DNA of 64,000 bases from Nanobdellota archaeon (GTDB lineage Archaea > Nanobdellota > Nanobdellia > Pacearchaeales > GW2011-AR1): NCBI GenBank assembly GCA_038045705.1, contig JBBSXO010000001.1:1-64000 (forward strand). The letters run 5' to 3'. The position numbers and the translations under genes are program-made. The notes under the pieces were generated by a model. That model worked only from the letters and a program-made list of their open reading frames with translations. It was not told where the DNA came from and did no database searches. Position 1 is the stretch's first letter; each line of letters begins with the position of its first letter. Of the stretch, positions 1 to 8,530 are shown in pieces.

Positions 1-40
1 GTCGTAGTTTAGCTCAAATATAAGCTTTTTTAGTCCGTAA

Positions 41-352
41 ATGCCTCAATCACCAATATTTATTATCAAAGACTTAAAAGTTAGACGAAAAGTGTCTTTT
101 ATATTCTATTTTACCCCTTTAATATTGACTTATTTAAGCACATCTTTCATAGAAGGTAATATCCTCATAGATAATAATATTTTAGTGTGGTTTGTTACAT
201 ATCCAATGTTTTTAATTATGGGAATCCCCTTTTTATTATATACAAATGCAAGTGAAAAACAAAAGGAAAAGTTATTCTATCCTGGAGTCATATTAGCATG
301 GGCTATAGTAATAATGGTTAAAGATTTTATTAGAGAAGTTTTAGTAATATAA
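41..352 (+). CDS. hypothetical membrane protein
   Basis: 103-aa ORF with about three hydrophobic segments; no recognisable family. Confidence 0.55.
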   Translation: MPQSPIFIIKDLKVRRKVSFIFYFTPLILTYLSTSFIEGNILIDNNILVWFVTYPMFLIMGIPFLLYTNASEKQKEKLFYPGVILAWAIVIMVKDFIREVLVI

Positions 353-409
353 GGGAGTCATTAGTCAAACTATAACAATCTTTAAAAACCATTCTTAATA
401 CAACAAAAC

Positions 410-835
410 ATGAAAGTCATAGGATTTAGTATAGAAGAAATAACAGCTAAGAAAATAAAAGAATTCAAGCGTTATAGTATTAATACAGATATTACATTTA
501 CTAATGTAGATAAGGCAAAATTAGACGTTCTAAAAGATAACGAAGCCTTAAAATTAAACTTTAAATTTGCAGTAAATTATAAAGATGCAGAAAATAAGTC
601 TGAAGAAGTAAAAAGTGAAGTATCTATATTAGGATCAATTCTACTAATGGTTGACAAAGAGCTATCAAAAGAATTCTTAAAATTATGGAAAAACAAAGAA
701 TTACCAAAAGAAAAAATGATAAACCTCTATAATTTTATATTGAAAAAATGTTCTGTAAAAGCTCTTCAACTAGAGGAAGATTTAAATTTACAACCACATA
801 TACCATTTCCTCAAGTTAAAAATAATCAAATTTAA
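410..835 (+). CDS. conserved archaeal hypothetical protein (possible SecB-like fold)
   Basis: 141-aa ORF, TTTAAA box ~25 nt upstream; beta-rich N-half then helix and C-terminal LQPHIPFP, a pattern reminiscent of SecB-like proteins (inference). Confidence 0.6.
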   Translation: MKVIGFSIEEITAKKIKEFKRYSINTDITFTNVDKAKLDVLKDNEALKLNFKFAVNYKDAENKSEEVKSEVSILGSILLMVDKELSKEFLKLWKNKELPKEKMINLYNFILKKCSVKALQLEEDLNLQPHIPFPQVKNNQI

Positions 836-1542
836 TTTATTTTCCCAAGTTCTCCAAAATCAAAGACTTTTAAATCATCTCCTACAATATAAACTTTAAA
901 TTTCATTAAATCAAAATCCCAAGCAAATTTCATTTCGAAATCCCTAGCGTCCGTACCCTCAACAAGAGGAAAAAAACTAGGAACAATAATAATTTTTTTA
1001 GTTTTATATTCTCCATATAAAAAACACTTATATTTCTCTTTTTTAATATCATCATATAATAACACAGCAGGATGTCCGTGCCCTATTACCCAATAATTAA
1101 TATCTTTAGAATTAATTTCTTCAAATTTCTTATCTCCATGCATAAAAGCAACATCATTCCAAATAAAATAGTCATTACTAATAATCCCCATTTTTTTTAA
1201 TATTGGGAATAATACAACATCATGATTTCCTTCAATAATAATTAATTTTTTACATTTAGTCTTAACATATTCTATAAATCTAATAATATATTTCCATTCA
1301 TCTTCAAGTATAAATCCAAACTCATGTTTTATATCACCAAGAATAACAATATTATTCACTTCTCCAATATTTTTTATTATATTATCAAAATCAACAATGC
1401 ATTTTTCATATAATCTAACTGGAATCATAACTCCAGATTTTCTCATAGCACCTTCATATCCTAAATGTAAATCTCCTATTGCAAGAGTTTTCTCACTATT
1501 TTCAGTTAGGAGTAAACACTTACCTACAAAATCAACTTTCAT
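832..1542 (-). CDS. metallophosphoesterase (Lhr-associated MPE / ICC-like)
   Basis: Motifs DLHLG, GDIKH, GNHD, HGD, GHGHP; overlaps the stop of the upstream Lhr helicase, a known Lhr-MPE pairing. Confidence 0.9.
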   Translation of the reverse strand: MKVDFVGKCLLLTENSEKTLAIGDLHLGYEGAMRKSGVMIPVRLYEKCIVDFDNIIKNIGEVNNIVILGDIKHEFGFILEDEWKYIIRFIEYVKTKCKKLIIIEGNHDVVLFPILKKMGIISNDYFIWNDVAFMHGDKKFEEINSKDINYWVIGHGHPAVLLYDDIKKEKYKCFLYGEYKTKKIIIVPSFFPLVEGTDARDFEMKFAWDFDLMKFKVYIVGDDLKVFDFGELGKIN

Positions 1543-4124
1543 CTTTTTTCAATAATCCTCATCTGTAATTCATGCATTCTTTTCAAGAAGTTAATCCTAT
1601 CTTCAACTTTAATAAAATCAGCATGACTTTGAGTAAGTAAAATTAAACCAAAGGGAGAAACCATTGGAGTTCTAATAATCTCAAAATTTATTTCTTTTCT
1701 TTCTATTTTCTTTAATATTTCTTCAGCATGGCCAATATCCATTAAGTCCTTCATAACTTCACGTCTTGCTTCTCTCAATATAGGAAAATCCTTGCTTAGC
1801 TCATTAACCGCACTCAATAAAAAGTGAGAGTGAACTTGTTGTTTTCCAACACTCTTACTTCTTCCCTTATAATTTCTCAAGATCATTAAACTTCTAGCAG
1901 CGCAATGTCTAAATCTTCTTCGAAGAATATCTGTCTTATTTATTGCTTCTTCCAATATATTCCTTAAATTAGTACTAGTCAAACCCTTTAATATCTTGTT
2001 AACATCAAGAGACTCACCAGCTAAAAAGAAACCATTGTCATTTATTCCAATTTCAATATCTCTATGTTTCAACTGAGCTGCAACATAAGCATACGATCTG
2101 GATAAAGCATCATTTACTCTACGCCCATAAAGAGAATGGAATAAAATATATTCTTTATCTTGCTTAAATTGTTCAATAACTAATTTTTTATCTGTTGGTA
2201 GTTGCGAGAAATCTCTCTGTTCAAGACAATATCTATATATCTGTCCGGCAGATTCTGCAGAACAATAAACATAATCTTTAATGAATTTAACACATTCAAT
2301 GGAATTACTTAATCGTTCATTAATAAGACCTCTAAATTTACCTATTGCAGCTGCAAGGTCATAACTCAAAGGCAACTGTTCAGAAAACCAGCTAGGAATA
2401 GTAGGAGATCTACTAACATTAGCATTAACATAAGCCTTCATACCCTTACTATGTATAAATTGATATTTCGCTCCTCCAAGAACAAAAACATCTCCTTTCT
2501 TCATCTTTTCAAGAAATGCTTCATCAATACTTCCGACTACTGCTCCCTTAGATTCGCCCGAGCTAATTACTACAGAGATAAATCCTTCTTCAGGTATAGT
2601 TCCTATATTCGTTAAGTAAATTAATCTAGCAAGCTTTCCTTTTTTACCAACCTGTTTAGTTGAAGTATCATACCATATCTTTGCATAAACATTTCTATGT
2701 TCCAAATCATAATCTCCAGATAAATAACTAATAATGCTCATAAAATCTTCTTTACTCAATGTAGAATAACAATAACTCTTTCTTATCAACGCAAGCATTT
2801 CATCAATATTCCAAATTCTAGCAATAGCCATCCCATAAATATGTTGGGCTAAAACATCCAAAGCATTTATTGGAATGTCTACTCTATCAATTATTTTCTC
2901 CTTCATGTGCTTCATTAATACAGCACACTCAACAAGATCATCTCTATCCATAACTACAAATCTACCCTTAGGGTTAGAATGTAACTGATGACCCGCTCTT
3001 CCTATTCTTTGCAGTGCCCTAGAAACACTCTTAGGAGATCTCAATAAAATTACTAAATCAATAGAACCAATATCTATTCCAAGTTCTAAACTAGTGCTTG
3101 AAACTGCAACTTTCAAGTCTCCTTTTCTAAGTCTTTCTTCAATCATAAATCTCTGATCTTTACTCATAGAACTGTGATGTGCTCCTATCAATCCAGAATA
3201 TTTTCCAGGAAAATGATCGTCTAAATAATGAATAATTCTTTCAGTAGCATTACGGGTATTTGTAAATATAAGTGTAGTCTTGTGATTCTGAATTAATTCA
3301 TCAAGGATCTGATAAAGTCTTTTTTGATCTTCAGCTCCATCCATTGTAAGCAAATCGACTCCCGGGCTAATCAGACCAATATCAATATCTTTTACAAGTT
3401 CTACTTTAGCAATCAAACATTCTCTTTCAGTTCCAACTAAAAATTTAGCAATTTCTTCAATTGGAGCTATTGTAGCACTCAACCCAATCCTTACAGGAGT
3501 TATTACACTAAAATCTTGAAGTCTTTCAAGTATCAAACTCAAGAAAACTCCTCTCTTATTTGCAAGAGCATGAATTTCATCAACAACTACAAACTCTAAT
3601 GATCTCAAATTCTCTGAAAATTTAGGTGCAGTAAGCACAATTGCTAAACTTTCAGGTGTAGTCACAAAAATATGAGGTACTTTACGAACCATTTTAGCCC
3701 TTTCGGAGACTGTAGTATCTCCAGTACGTAACCCAACCCGAATGGGTTGCATTTTCAAACCATTCTTCTCAGCCAATTCATTAATTTCAGCAAGAGGCCT
3801 CTCAAGATTAAAATAAATATCATTAGACAATGCTTTTAGAGGACTCACATATACTGCATACATTTTATCTTCTAATTCATTTTTTAATGAAAGTCCAACT
3901 AAATAGTTCAAAATACTCAAAAAAGCAGTCAATGTCTTAGTTCCACCAGTAGGTGCAGAAATTAGAATATTCTTGCGTTCATGAATCGGAGCAACTCCAT
4001 ATAACTGAGTAAGACTAAAATCTTTAAATTTAGTAAAAAACCATTCTCTCACTACAGGGTGTAGCATTTCTTTTACATCTGCACTTTCTCGTGCTTCAAT
4101 AAACTCTATTTTATTTTTAGCCAT
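1539..4124 (-). CDS. lhr: Lhr-family ATP-dependent SF2 helicase
   Basis: 861 aa; SPLKAL, RTGDT, TTPESL, DEIH, SAT, HHSS, STSLELGIDIG, QRIGRAGH; C-terminal DEAD-associated region. Confidence 0.93.
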   Translation of the reverse strand: MAKNKIEFIEARESADVKEMLHPVVREWFFTKFKDFSLTQLYGVAPIHERKNILISAPTGGTKTLTAFLSILNYLVGLSLKNELEDKMYAVYVSPLKALSNDIYFNLERPLAEINELAEKNGLKMQPIRVGLRTGDTTVSERAKMVRKVPHIFVTTPESLAIVLTAPKFSENLRSLEFVVVDEIHALANKRGVFLSLILERLQDFSVITPVRIGLSATIAPIEEIAKFLVGTERECLIAKVELVKDIDIGLISPGVDLLTMDGAEDQKRLYQILDELIQNHKTTLIFTNTRNATERIIHYLDDHFPGKYSGLIGAHHSSMSKDQRFMIEERLRKGDLKVAVSSTSLELGIDIGSIDLVILLRSPKSVSRALQRIGRAGHQLHSNPKGRFVVMDRDDLVECAVLMKHMKEKIIDRVDIPINALDVLAQHIYGMAIARIWNIDEMLALIRKSYCYSTLSKEDFMSIISYLSGDYDLEHRNVYAKIWYDTSTKQVGKKGKLARLIYLTNIGTIPEEGFISVVISSGESKGAVVGSIDEAFLEKMKKGDVFVLGGAKYQFIHSKGMKAYVNANVSRSPTIPSWFSEQLPLSYDLAAAIGKFRGLINERLSNSIECVKFIKDYVYCSAESAGQIYRYCLEQRDFSQLPTDKKLVIEQFKQDKEYILFHSLYGRRVNDALSRSYAYVAAQLKHRDIEIGINDNGFFLAGESLDVNKILKGLTSTNLRNILEEAINKTDILRRRFRHCAARSLMILRNYKGRSKSVGKQQVHSHFLLSAVNELSKDFPILREARREVMKDLMDIGHAEEILKKIERKEINFEIIRTPMVSPFGLILLTQSHADFIKVEDRINFLKRMHELQMRIIEKR

Positions 4125-4174
4125 AAAAGTAGTATTCTAAGCCCCAACTTAAACTATAAAAACATTGGCTATCA

Positions 4175-4453
4175 ATGAGTGATATGCCTGCAATTTCTAA
4201 AAAGAAGCGTTCAAAAATCTCAGAACAAATACTTTCATATCTTTATAGCATATCTCCAGAGGCTAGCTTCACAGTAAGAATTGCAGAAGAAATAATTAGA
4301 GATGAAGAATTCACAAAATCTTTACTCGAAGAACTAGAAAAAAGCAAGCTTCTAGTCAAAGTAAGTAAGGGTCCAGACGGCCAAAACTATTCTAGATGGC
4401 AACGCTGGCGTCTATCTAATGCAGCCTTTGAAGCCTATAAGAAATTGAATTAA
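4175..4453 (+). CDS. small winged-helix DNA-binding protein
   Basis: 92 aa; helix-helix-helix-wing pattern (EQILSYL...IAEEIIRDEEFTKSLLEELEKSKLLVKV...RWRLS). Confidence 0.65.
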   Translation: MSDMPAISKKKRSKISEQILSYLYSISPEASFTVRIAEEIIRDEEFTKSLLEELEKSKLLVKVSKGPDGQNYSRWQRWRLSNAAFEAYKKLN

Positions 4454-4600
4454 AGTTTAAATCTTCTTCTAACTTGTAAGTCTGGTTTTGTTTTCTAAGT
4501 ATTCTATACGTAATTTCAGCACCCAAAGTAGTTAAAAAATAATTATAATAATCAATTCTAGAACATAAAACCTTATATTCTAATTAAATATCAAAATAAC

Positions 4601-5248
4601 ATGTCTGATCCTTTAAAAGAAGCATTCTCAAAAGTACGTCAAGATATAGATTTCTTATATCAAGAATTAGCAGAGATAAAATATCTATTGGAAGAAATAA
4701 AATATCAACAATCAAACCAACCAACAAACCAACAGATAAATCCAACACACAAAGAACCATCTCCAACACAAGACTTACCCTTAAAAGCCATAATAACCGA
4801 AAAAACAAGCTTTTCCACTGGAAACGAAGGGGTTCCAACAAACCAACCAACAAACCAACCAACAAACCAACACCCCCTTATTTCCACTCCAAGTTCGTTT
4901 AATGACTCAATAAGTAACCTTAGACGAGTTTCAGAAATACTAGGAACACTCGACGATTTAAAGAAAGAAGTTCGTTTAAAATTCAAGAGACTTACAGAAC
5001 AAGAGATGCTAATCTACAGCACAATATATCAATTAGAAGATTCTGGTTTTACTGTAGACTATGCTATTTTAGCTCAAAAAACAGGTCTTACTGAAATCTC
5101 AATTAGAGATTACATAAGAAAAATCCTCCAAAAAGATGCACCCTTGATAAAATCGAAGGAATCGAATAAGAAAGTTATTCTTTCTATCCCTCAAGATTTG
5201 AAAAGAATCGCGTCGATAAATACTATAACTCAATTAAGAAACTTATAA
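4601..5248 (+). CDS. coiled-coil / repeat linker / C-terminal winged-helix protein
   Basis: N-terminal LKEAFSKVRQDI coil, (PTNQ)n linker, C-terminal LTEQEMLIYSTI...YAILAQKTGLTEISIRDYIRKI wHTH. Confidence 0.75.
   Translation: MSDPLKEAFSKVRQDIDFLYQELAEIKYLLEEIKYQQSNQPTNQQINPTHKEPSPTQDLPLKAIITEKTSFSTGNEGVPTNQPTNQPTNQHPLISTPSSFNDSISNLRRVSEILGTLDDLKKEVRLKFKRLTEQEMLIYSTIYQLEDSGFTVDYAILAQKTGLTEISIRDYIRKILQKDAPLIKSKESNKKVILSIPQDLKRIASINTITQLRNL
4721..4870 (+). repeat. 12-bp repeat CCAACAAACCAA inside the wHTH gene
   Basis: Perfect copies at 4721-4732, 4835-4846, 4847-4858, 4859-4870; partial copy at ~4712-4720. Confidence 0.9.
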
Positions 5249-5464
5249 ATTCGTCATACCGAATAAACTTGCAGTTCTCACTAAATGTGGTAAAAAGCCC
5301 TAATAACCTTATTTTTTGCACTTTTAAGGCCTAATAACTCTTTTGAGTTTTCACACTCTCTTTTACCAAATCAGACCAAATGCACTCCACACGGCAAAAA
5401 GCCCTCATCTTTGTCTCACTTTTAATTTTTTGATTTTGAATATTCATTTTCCCTCACTTTTTAT

Positions 5465-6106
5465 TCAAATTATGCTATCTTTAGGTAATTTCTTATATTT
5501 TTTATCATTTTTAACTCTCACTTTTGCATATTTCTCTAGTTTGTTACGAACTTCTTCACTCACAAACAGTCTTTTCTTTCCATTAGGTTCGGTTAACTCT
5601 TGTATTAAACCCTCACTTTTCTGTTTTATTGTATTTATTTGACCCCTAATTGTAGCCCTCTCTTTTCCTAAAAGTCTAGCAATATCTTCATAACTTAGCT
5701 TTAATTCTGTGTTCATCAACGTAAAAACAATAACTCTTTCATTACTGCTCAATCCATTCAAAATATCATGAAAATTGCCTGTTTGAACAGGTGTTTGAAC
5801 AGGTTCAACAACATCATAAACAGCCTCCTGTTTATCCAAAACAGCTGTTTTTTTAAACACCTGTTTATTTTCAACAGCCAAATTTGTAAGTGAAACAGCT
5901 TCCTTCAATCCATCAACATCATCTTTTATCGACGATAGTTCTATTTTAAGATCATTTACTAAATCAAACAGCTGTTTATCGCTGTTGTTCAGGTGTTTAA
6001 TCCACTTACTAACGCCTTCAAAGTCTTTTCGAACTTCAGAAAAACTCTTTTTTGTCTCACTTTCAAGCTTCTTCACTTTCTTCGAATTTCCAAACAACCC
6101 AAACAT
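5465..6106 (-). CDS. coiled-coil / C-terminal winged-helix protein (probable paralog of 4601-5248)
   Basis: KKSFSEVRKDF N-terminal motif and LSSNERVIVFTL...YEDIARLLGKERATIRGQINTI wHTH; same architecture as the convergent gene. Confidence 0.75.
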   Translation of the reverse strand: MFGLFGNSKKVKKLESETKKSFSEVRKDFEGVSKWIKHLNNSDKQLFDLVNDLKIELSSIKDDVDGLKEAVSLTNLAVENKQVFKKTAVLDKQEAVYDVVEPVQTPVQTGNFHDILNGLSSNERVIVFTLMNTELKLSYEDIARLLGKERATIRGQINTIKQKSEGLIQELTEPNGKKRLFVSEEVRNKLEKYAKVRVKNDKKYKKLPKDSII

Positions 6107-6776
6107 ATCATTTTATAGACGTATACACTATATAAATGTTGTGCATTTAAGTAACAAAAATAAACAGACTTAAACAGCCTTAAACACTATATAAACACCC
6201 CTCATTCAAAAACAAACAGGTGTTTAAACACCCACCAACACCTGTTTGACTTTTTACACACTTAAACACCCCTAACAAAAAACACCAGAAAACCTATAAA
6301 AAATGGATTAAAAAGGTAAAACTATTTAAACAGCCTCTGTGTCTATAAAATATCTTTAAAGAGAGGTGAAAGGAGGTCAAATGAACGCACTAAGCTGGAT
6401 CACAAAAATTCTTGTAATCGTTGGAGCCATTAACTGGGGTTTAATGGGAGCATTCGATTGGAATCTTGTTTCCGCAATATTTGGAACAGGAACATTCGCT
6501 ATGATCATATATATCCTAATAGGATTATCAGGATTGTGGGAATTAATTGCTTTATTCAAGAAGTAATTAAAAACAAGTTTTTTCTTTCCATTTTTCTTTT
6601 TCTTTCTTTAAAATCAAAAAATCAATGCAACCACCACGCTAAAGTGTGTGGTTTTAGGAGACATAATAAACACCTATTTAAACAGGTCTTATCGAAGATA
6701 AACAGGTGTTTAAAACACCCGTTCAAACAAGCCGGTTGTAAATATTAAACAACTTAACTTATATAACTGTTTAATC
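5778..6776. repeat. dense array of (T)AAACA[G/C] motifs and AAACASSTGTTT (near-)palindromes
   Basis: TGTTTGAACAGG x2 (5780-5803), AAAACAGCTGTTTT (5838-5851), TAAACACCTGTTTA (5854-5867), CAAACAGCTGTTTA (5965-5978), phased TAAACA at 6161/6171/6181/6192, CAAACAGGTGTTTAAACACCC (6213-6233), TAAACAGGTGTTTA (6699-6712) and others. Confidence 0.85.
6381..6566 (+). CDS. DUF378 family small membrane protein
   Basis: LVIVGAINWGLMGAFDWNLV...IYILIGLSG signature; AGGAGGT Shine-Dalgarno at 6371-6377 supports the ATG at 6381. Confidence 0.88.
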   Translation: MNALSWITKILVIVGAINWGLMGAFDWNLVSAIFGTGTFAMIIYILIGLSGLWELIALFKK

Positions 6777-6827
6777 TACCTATATCATGGCTTTAACATT
6801 TAAATATACATTAATATTTAGTAAGTT

Positions 6828-7118
6828 ATGAAATCAGAGATTATTGAGAAACTTTCCATTCTTTCAACAGGTGCATTTGGTCTTGTGGCCGCGTTGGCAT
6901 GGAACGAAGCAATCCAAGGTATTTTCAAACAAGTTTTTGGAGAGCAAAGTTCAATCCCTGCAATGTTCTCATATGCTCTTCTAGTCACAGCAGTAGCAGT
7001 AATAGTCACAATTTGGACTGGTCGAATTGCAGAGAAAGCAAAAAACGCAGAGTTAAGAAGCATCTTCAGAAGAAAAAAAGAGGCACAAGAAGCAACAAAA
7101 CAAGAATCAAAAAAGTAA
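6828..7118 (+). CDS. DUF5654-like membrane protein
   Basis: AFGLVAALAWNEAI...YALLVTAVAV motif. Confidence 0.75.
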   Translation: MKSEIIEKLSILSTGAFGLVAALAWNEAIQGIFKQVFGEQSSIPAMFSYALLVTAVAVIVTIWTGRIAEKAKNAELRSIFRRKKEAQEATKQESKK

Positions 7119-7120
7119 AC

Positions 7121-7175
7121 TAAACTTCTAATCAAAACTTAAATATTTCAGTTAGGCATAAAACTTCGTTTAATT
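7121..7175 (+). repeat. 55-bp inter-gene site, copy A
   Basis: taaacttctaa-tcaaaa-cttaaa-tatttcag-N12-cttcgtttaatt. Confidence 0.7.
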
Positions 7176-7220
7176 CATCAAAACCAATAAGTACTTAAAC
7201 TAGAGAGCATTCATCTAAAT

Positions 7221-7385
7221 ATGGTTTCACTTGTATTAACATTATCAGCAATCATGGCAATAATTGTAGGAATCTTAGTTCTTGTGTTTCCAAAATTCCT
7301 CAGAGTAGCAGTAGGTCTATACCTCTTAATCTTCGGAGTTCTTCAATTCCTAAACATTAATTTCAACCTTTCTCCTTTAGGTTAA
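7221..7385 (+). CDS. DUF3096-like small membrane protein (not in ORF track)
   Basis: Manual translation MVSLVLTLSAIMAIIVGILVLVFPKFLRVAVGLYLLIFGVLQFLNINFNLSPLG (54 aa); TTAAA box upstream. Confidence 0.75.
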   Translation: MVSLVLTLSAIMAIIVGILVLVFPKFLRVAVGLYLLIFGVLQFLNINFNLSPLG

Positions 7386-7437
7386 ACTTCTAAGCGAAAG
7401 CTAAAACTTCCAGTACACCTTTAACATTCGTTTAATT
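7383..7437 (+). repeat. 55-bp inter-gene site, copy B
   Basis: taaacttctaa-gcgaaa-gctaaa-acttccag-N12-attcgtttaatt. Confidence 0.7.
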
Positions 7438-7476
7438 TAACGCAAATCTTTAAAAATAGAATTAATATCTAAGAAT

Positions 7477-7836
7477 ATGCATCAAATCGGTGAGGTGAGC
7501 AGAGCAATCTTAGAAGGCAGAACCTTTGAAGTAGAGAAAAACATTCATCACAAAGGAAGAAAATATAGCGACTGTGAGCGAGATTGTCCTAAAGGCTGGC
7601 AAATAATAACTTACTGGCTTTTACAAGGAATAAGAAATAATTCTAGTTTAATAAAAGAGTTTAATTTATTAGATACCTATGAGTATATCCAAAATCCTGA
7701 TAGTCTTTCTAAAGAAAAAGGTTTTGTTGCGTGGTTCTATGCAAATTCAAATGGACCTTTGATGTATTTCAATAAGGTTCCTTCTTTTCGGGATTCTTCG
7801 CTTGGAGTACGTTACGTGCGCGAAATTTCTAAGTAA
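7477..7836 (+). CDS. probable DGR-type variable protein (C-type lectin-like fold, C-terminal variable region)
   Basis: C-terminus VAWFYANSNGPLMYFNKVPSFRDSSLGVRYVR resembles archaeal/CPR DGR target ends (SxGxRxxR); CPKGW motif; GC hairpin about 20 nt after the stop. Confidence 0.6.
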   Translation: MHQIGEVSRAILEGRTFEVEKNIHHKGRKYSDCERDCPKGWQIITYWLLQGIRNNSSLIKEFNLLDTYEYIQNPDSLSKEKGFVAWFYANSNGPLMYFNKVPSFRDSSLGVRYVREISK

Positions 7837-7840
7837 ATTA

Positions 7841-7882
7841 CCTCCGTAAGAGTGAGGCGCGAAGCGCCGAACTGCGCCGACC
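7841..7882 (+). repeat. 42-bp GC-rich element with GGCGC-GAA-GCGCC hairpin, copy 1
   Basis: cctccgtaagagtgaggcgcgaagcgccgaactgcgccgacc; hairpin 7856-7868. Confidence 0.85.
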
Positions 7883-7917
7883 ACAAATTATATTAACTCA
7901 AAAAAACCTTACTAAAT

Positions 7918-8124
7918 ATGGAAAATCAACAAATAACTCTTGAAGAAATGCATAAAATTCTCTTATATTTAAAGGCAAAAATGCAAAAAATGGATCATTA
8001 TATAGAAGATTTAGAATTTGCAAGACTTACACAAGAAGCATGGCAAGAAATTGAGACTGGGAAGTATACTAAGTATAATTCCTCAGAGGATTTTTTAGCA
8101 ACATTAAAAGAGAAATATGCCTAA
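7918..8124 (+). CDS. putative antitoxin (RelB-like)
   Basis: 68 aa, acidic C-half (QEAWQEIETGKY...EDFL); overlaps the start of a RelE-like gene. Confidence 0.7.
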   Translation: MENQQITLEEMHKILLYLKAKMQKMDHYIEDLEFARLTQEAWQEIETGKYTKYNSSEDFLATLKEKYA

Positions 8125-8362
8125 AATAAATGAAACAGATGCATTCAAAAGAGCAAAAATTAAGTTAGATGGGAGTTATTTAATAAGACTTGAAAAATTA
8201 ATTAGAAAGATTATTGAAAATCCAAATATTGGTAAACCTGTGCAATATGAACGCAAAGGGACAAGAGAATTATATCTTCCACCACTTAGAGTTTCTTATG
8301 CATATGACCTGATGACAGACACATTAACATTACTTACTATTTATCATAAAGACGATCAATAA
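8117..8362 (+). CDS. RelE/ParE family toxin
   Basis: KIIENPNIGKP...TRELY...RVSY...IYHKD pattern. Confidence 0.8.
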   Translation: MPKINETDAFKRAKIKLDGSYLIRLEKLIRKIIENPNIGKPVQYERKGTRELYLPPLRVSYAYDLMTDTLTLLTIYHKDDQ

Positions 8363-8369
8363 TATAAAC

Positions 8370-8424
8370 CCAACTTTTAATTATCGCTTAAATCTTCCAG
8401 CACATATCAAATATTCGTTTAATC
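8370..8424 (+). repeat. 55-bp inter-gene site, copy C
   Basis: ccaacttttaa-ttatcg-cttaaa-tcttccag-N12-attcgtttaatc. Confidence 0.7.
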
Positions 8425-8455
8425 CATCGGTGTTTTCAATACCTAAAAATAATTG

Positions 8456-8497
8456 CCTCGGTAAGAGTGAGGCGCGAAGCGCCGAACTGCGCAGACC
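8456..8497 (+). repeat. 42-bp GC-rich hairpin element, copy 2
   Basis: cctcggtaagagtgaggcgcgaagcgccgaactgcgcagacc; two mismatches to copy 1. Confidence 0.85.
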
Positions 8498-8530
8498 GTA
8501 AGTTTAAAAATAGAGCAAAATCATTAAATT

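Noticed and set aside
4584-4986. Antisense ORFs with LVGL/WFVG repeats
   Set aside because: Shadows of the CCAACAAACCAA repeat in gene 4601-5248
5778-6776. CRISPR array
   Set aside because: Repeats are 6-14 bp with irregular spacing and no unique 30-40-bp spacers; no cas genes in the window
5249-6776. Canonical archaeal oriC with ORB boxes
   Set aside because: No orc1/cdc6 gene in the window and no clear ORB consensus with G-string; kept only as a non-canonical hypothesis
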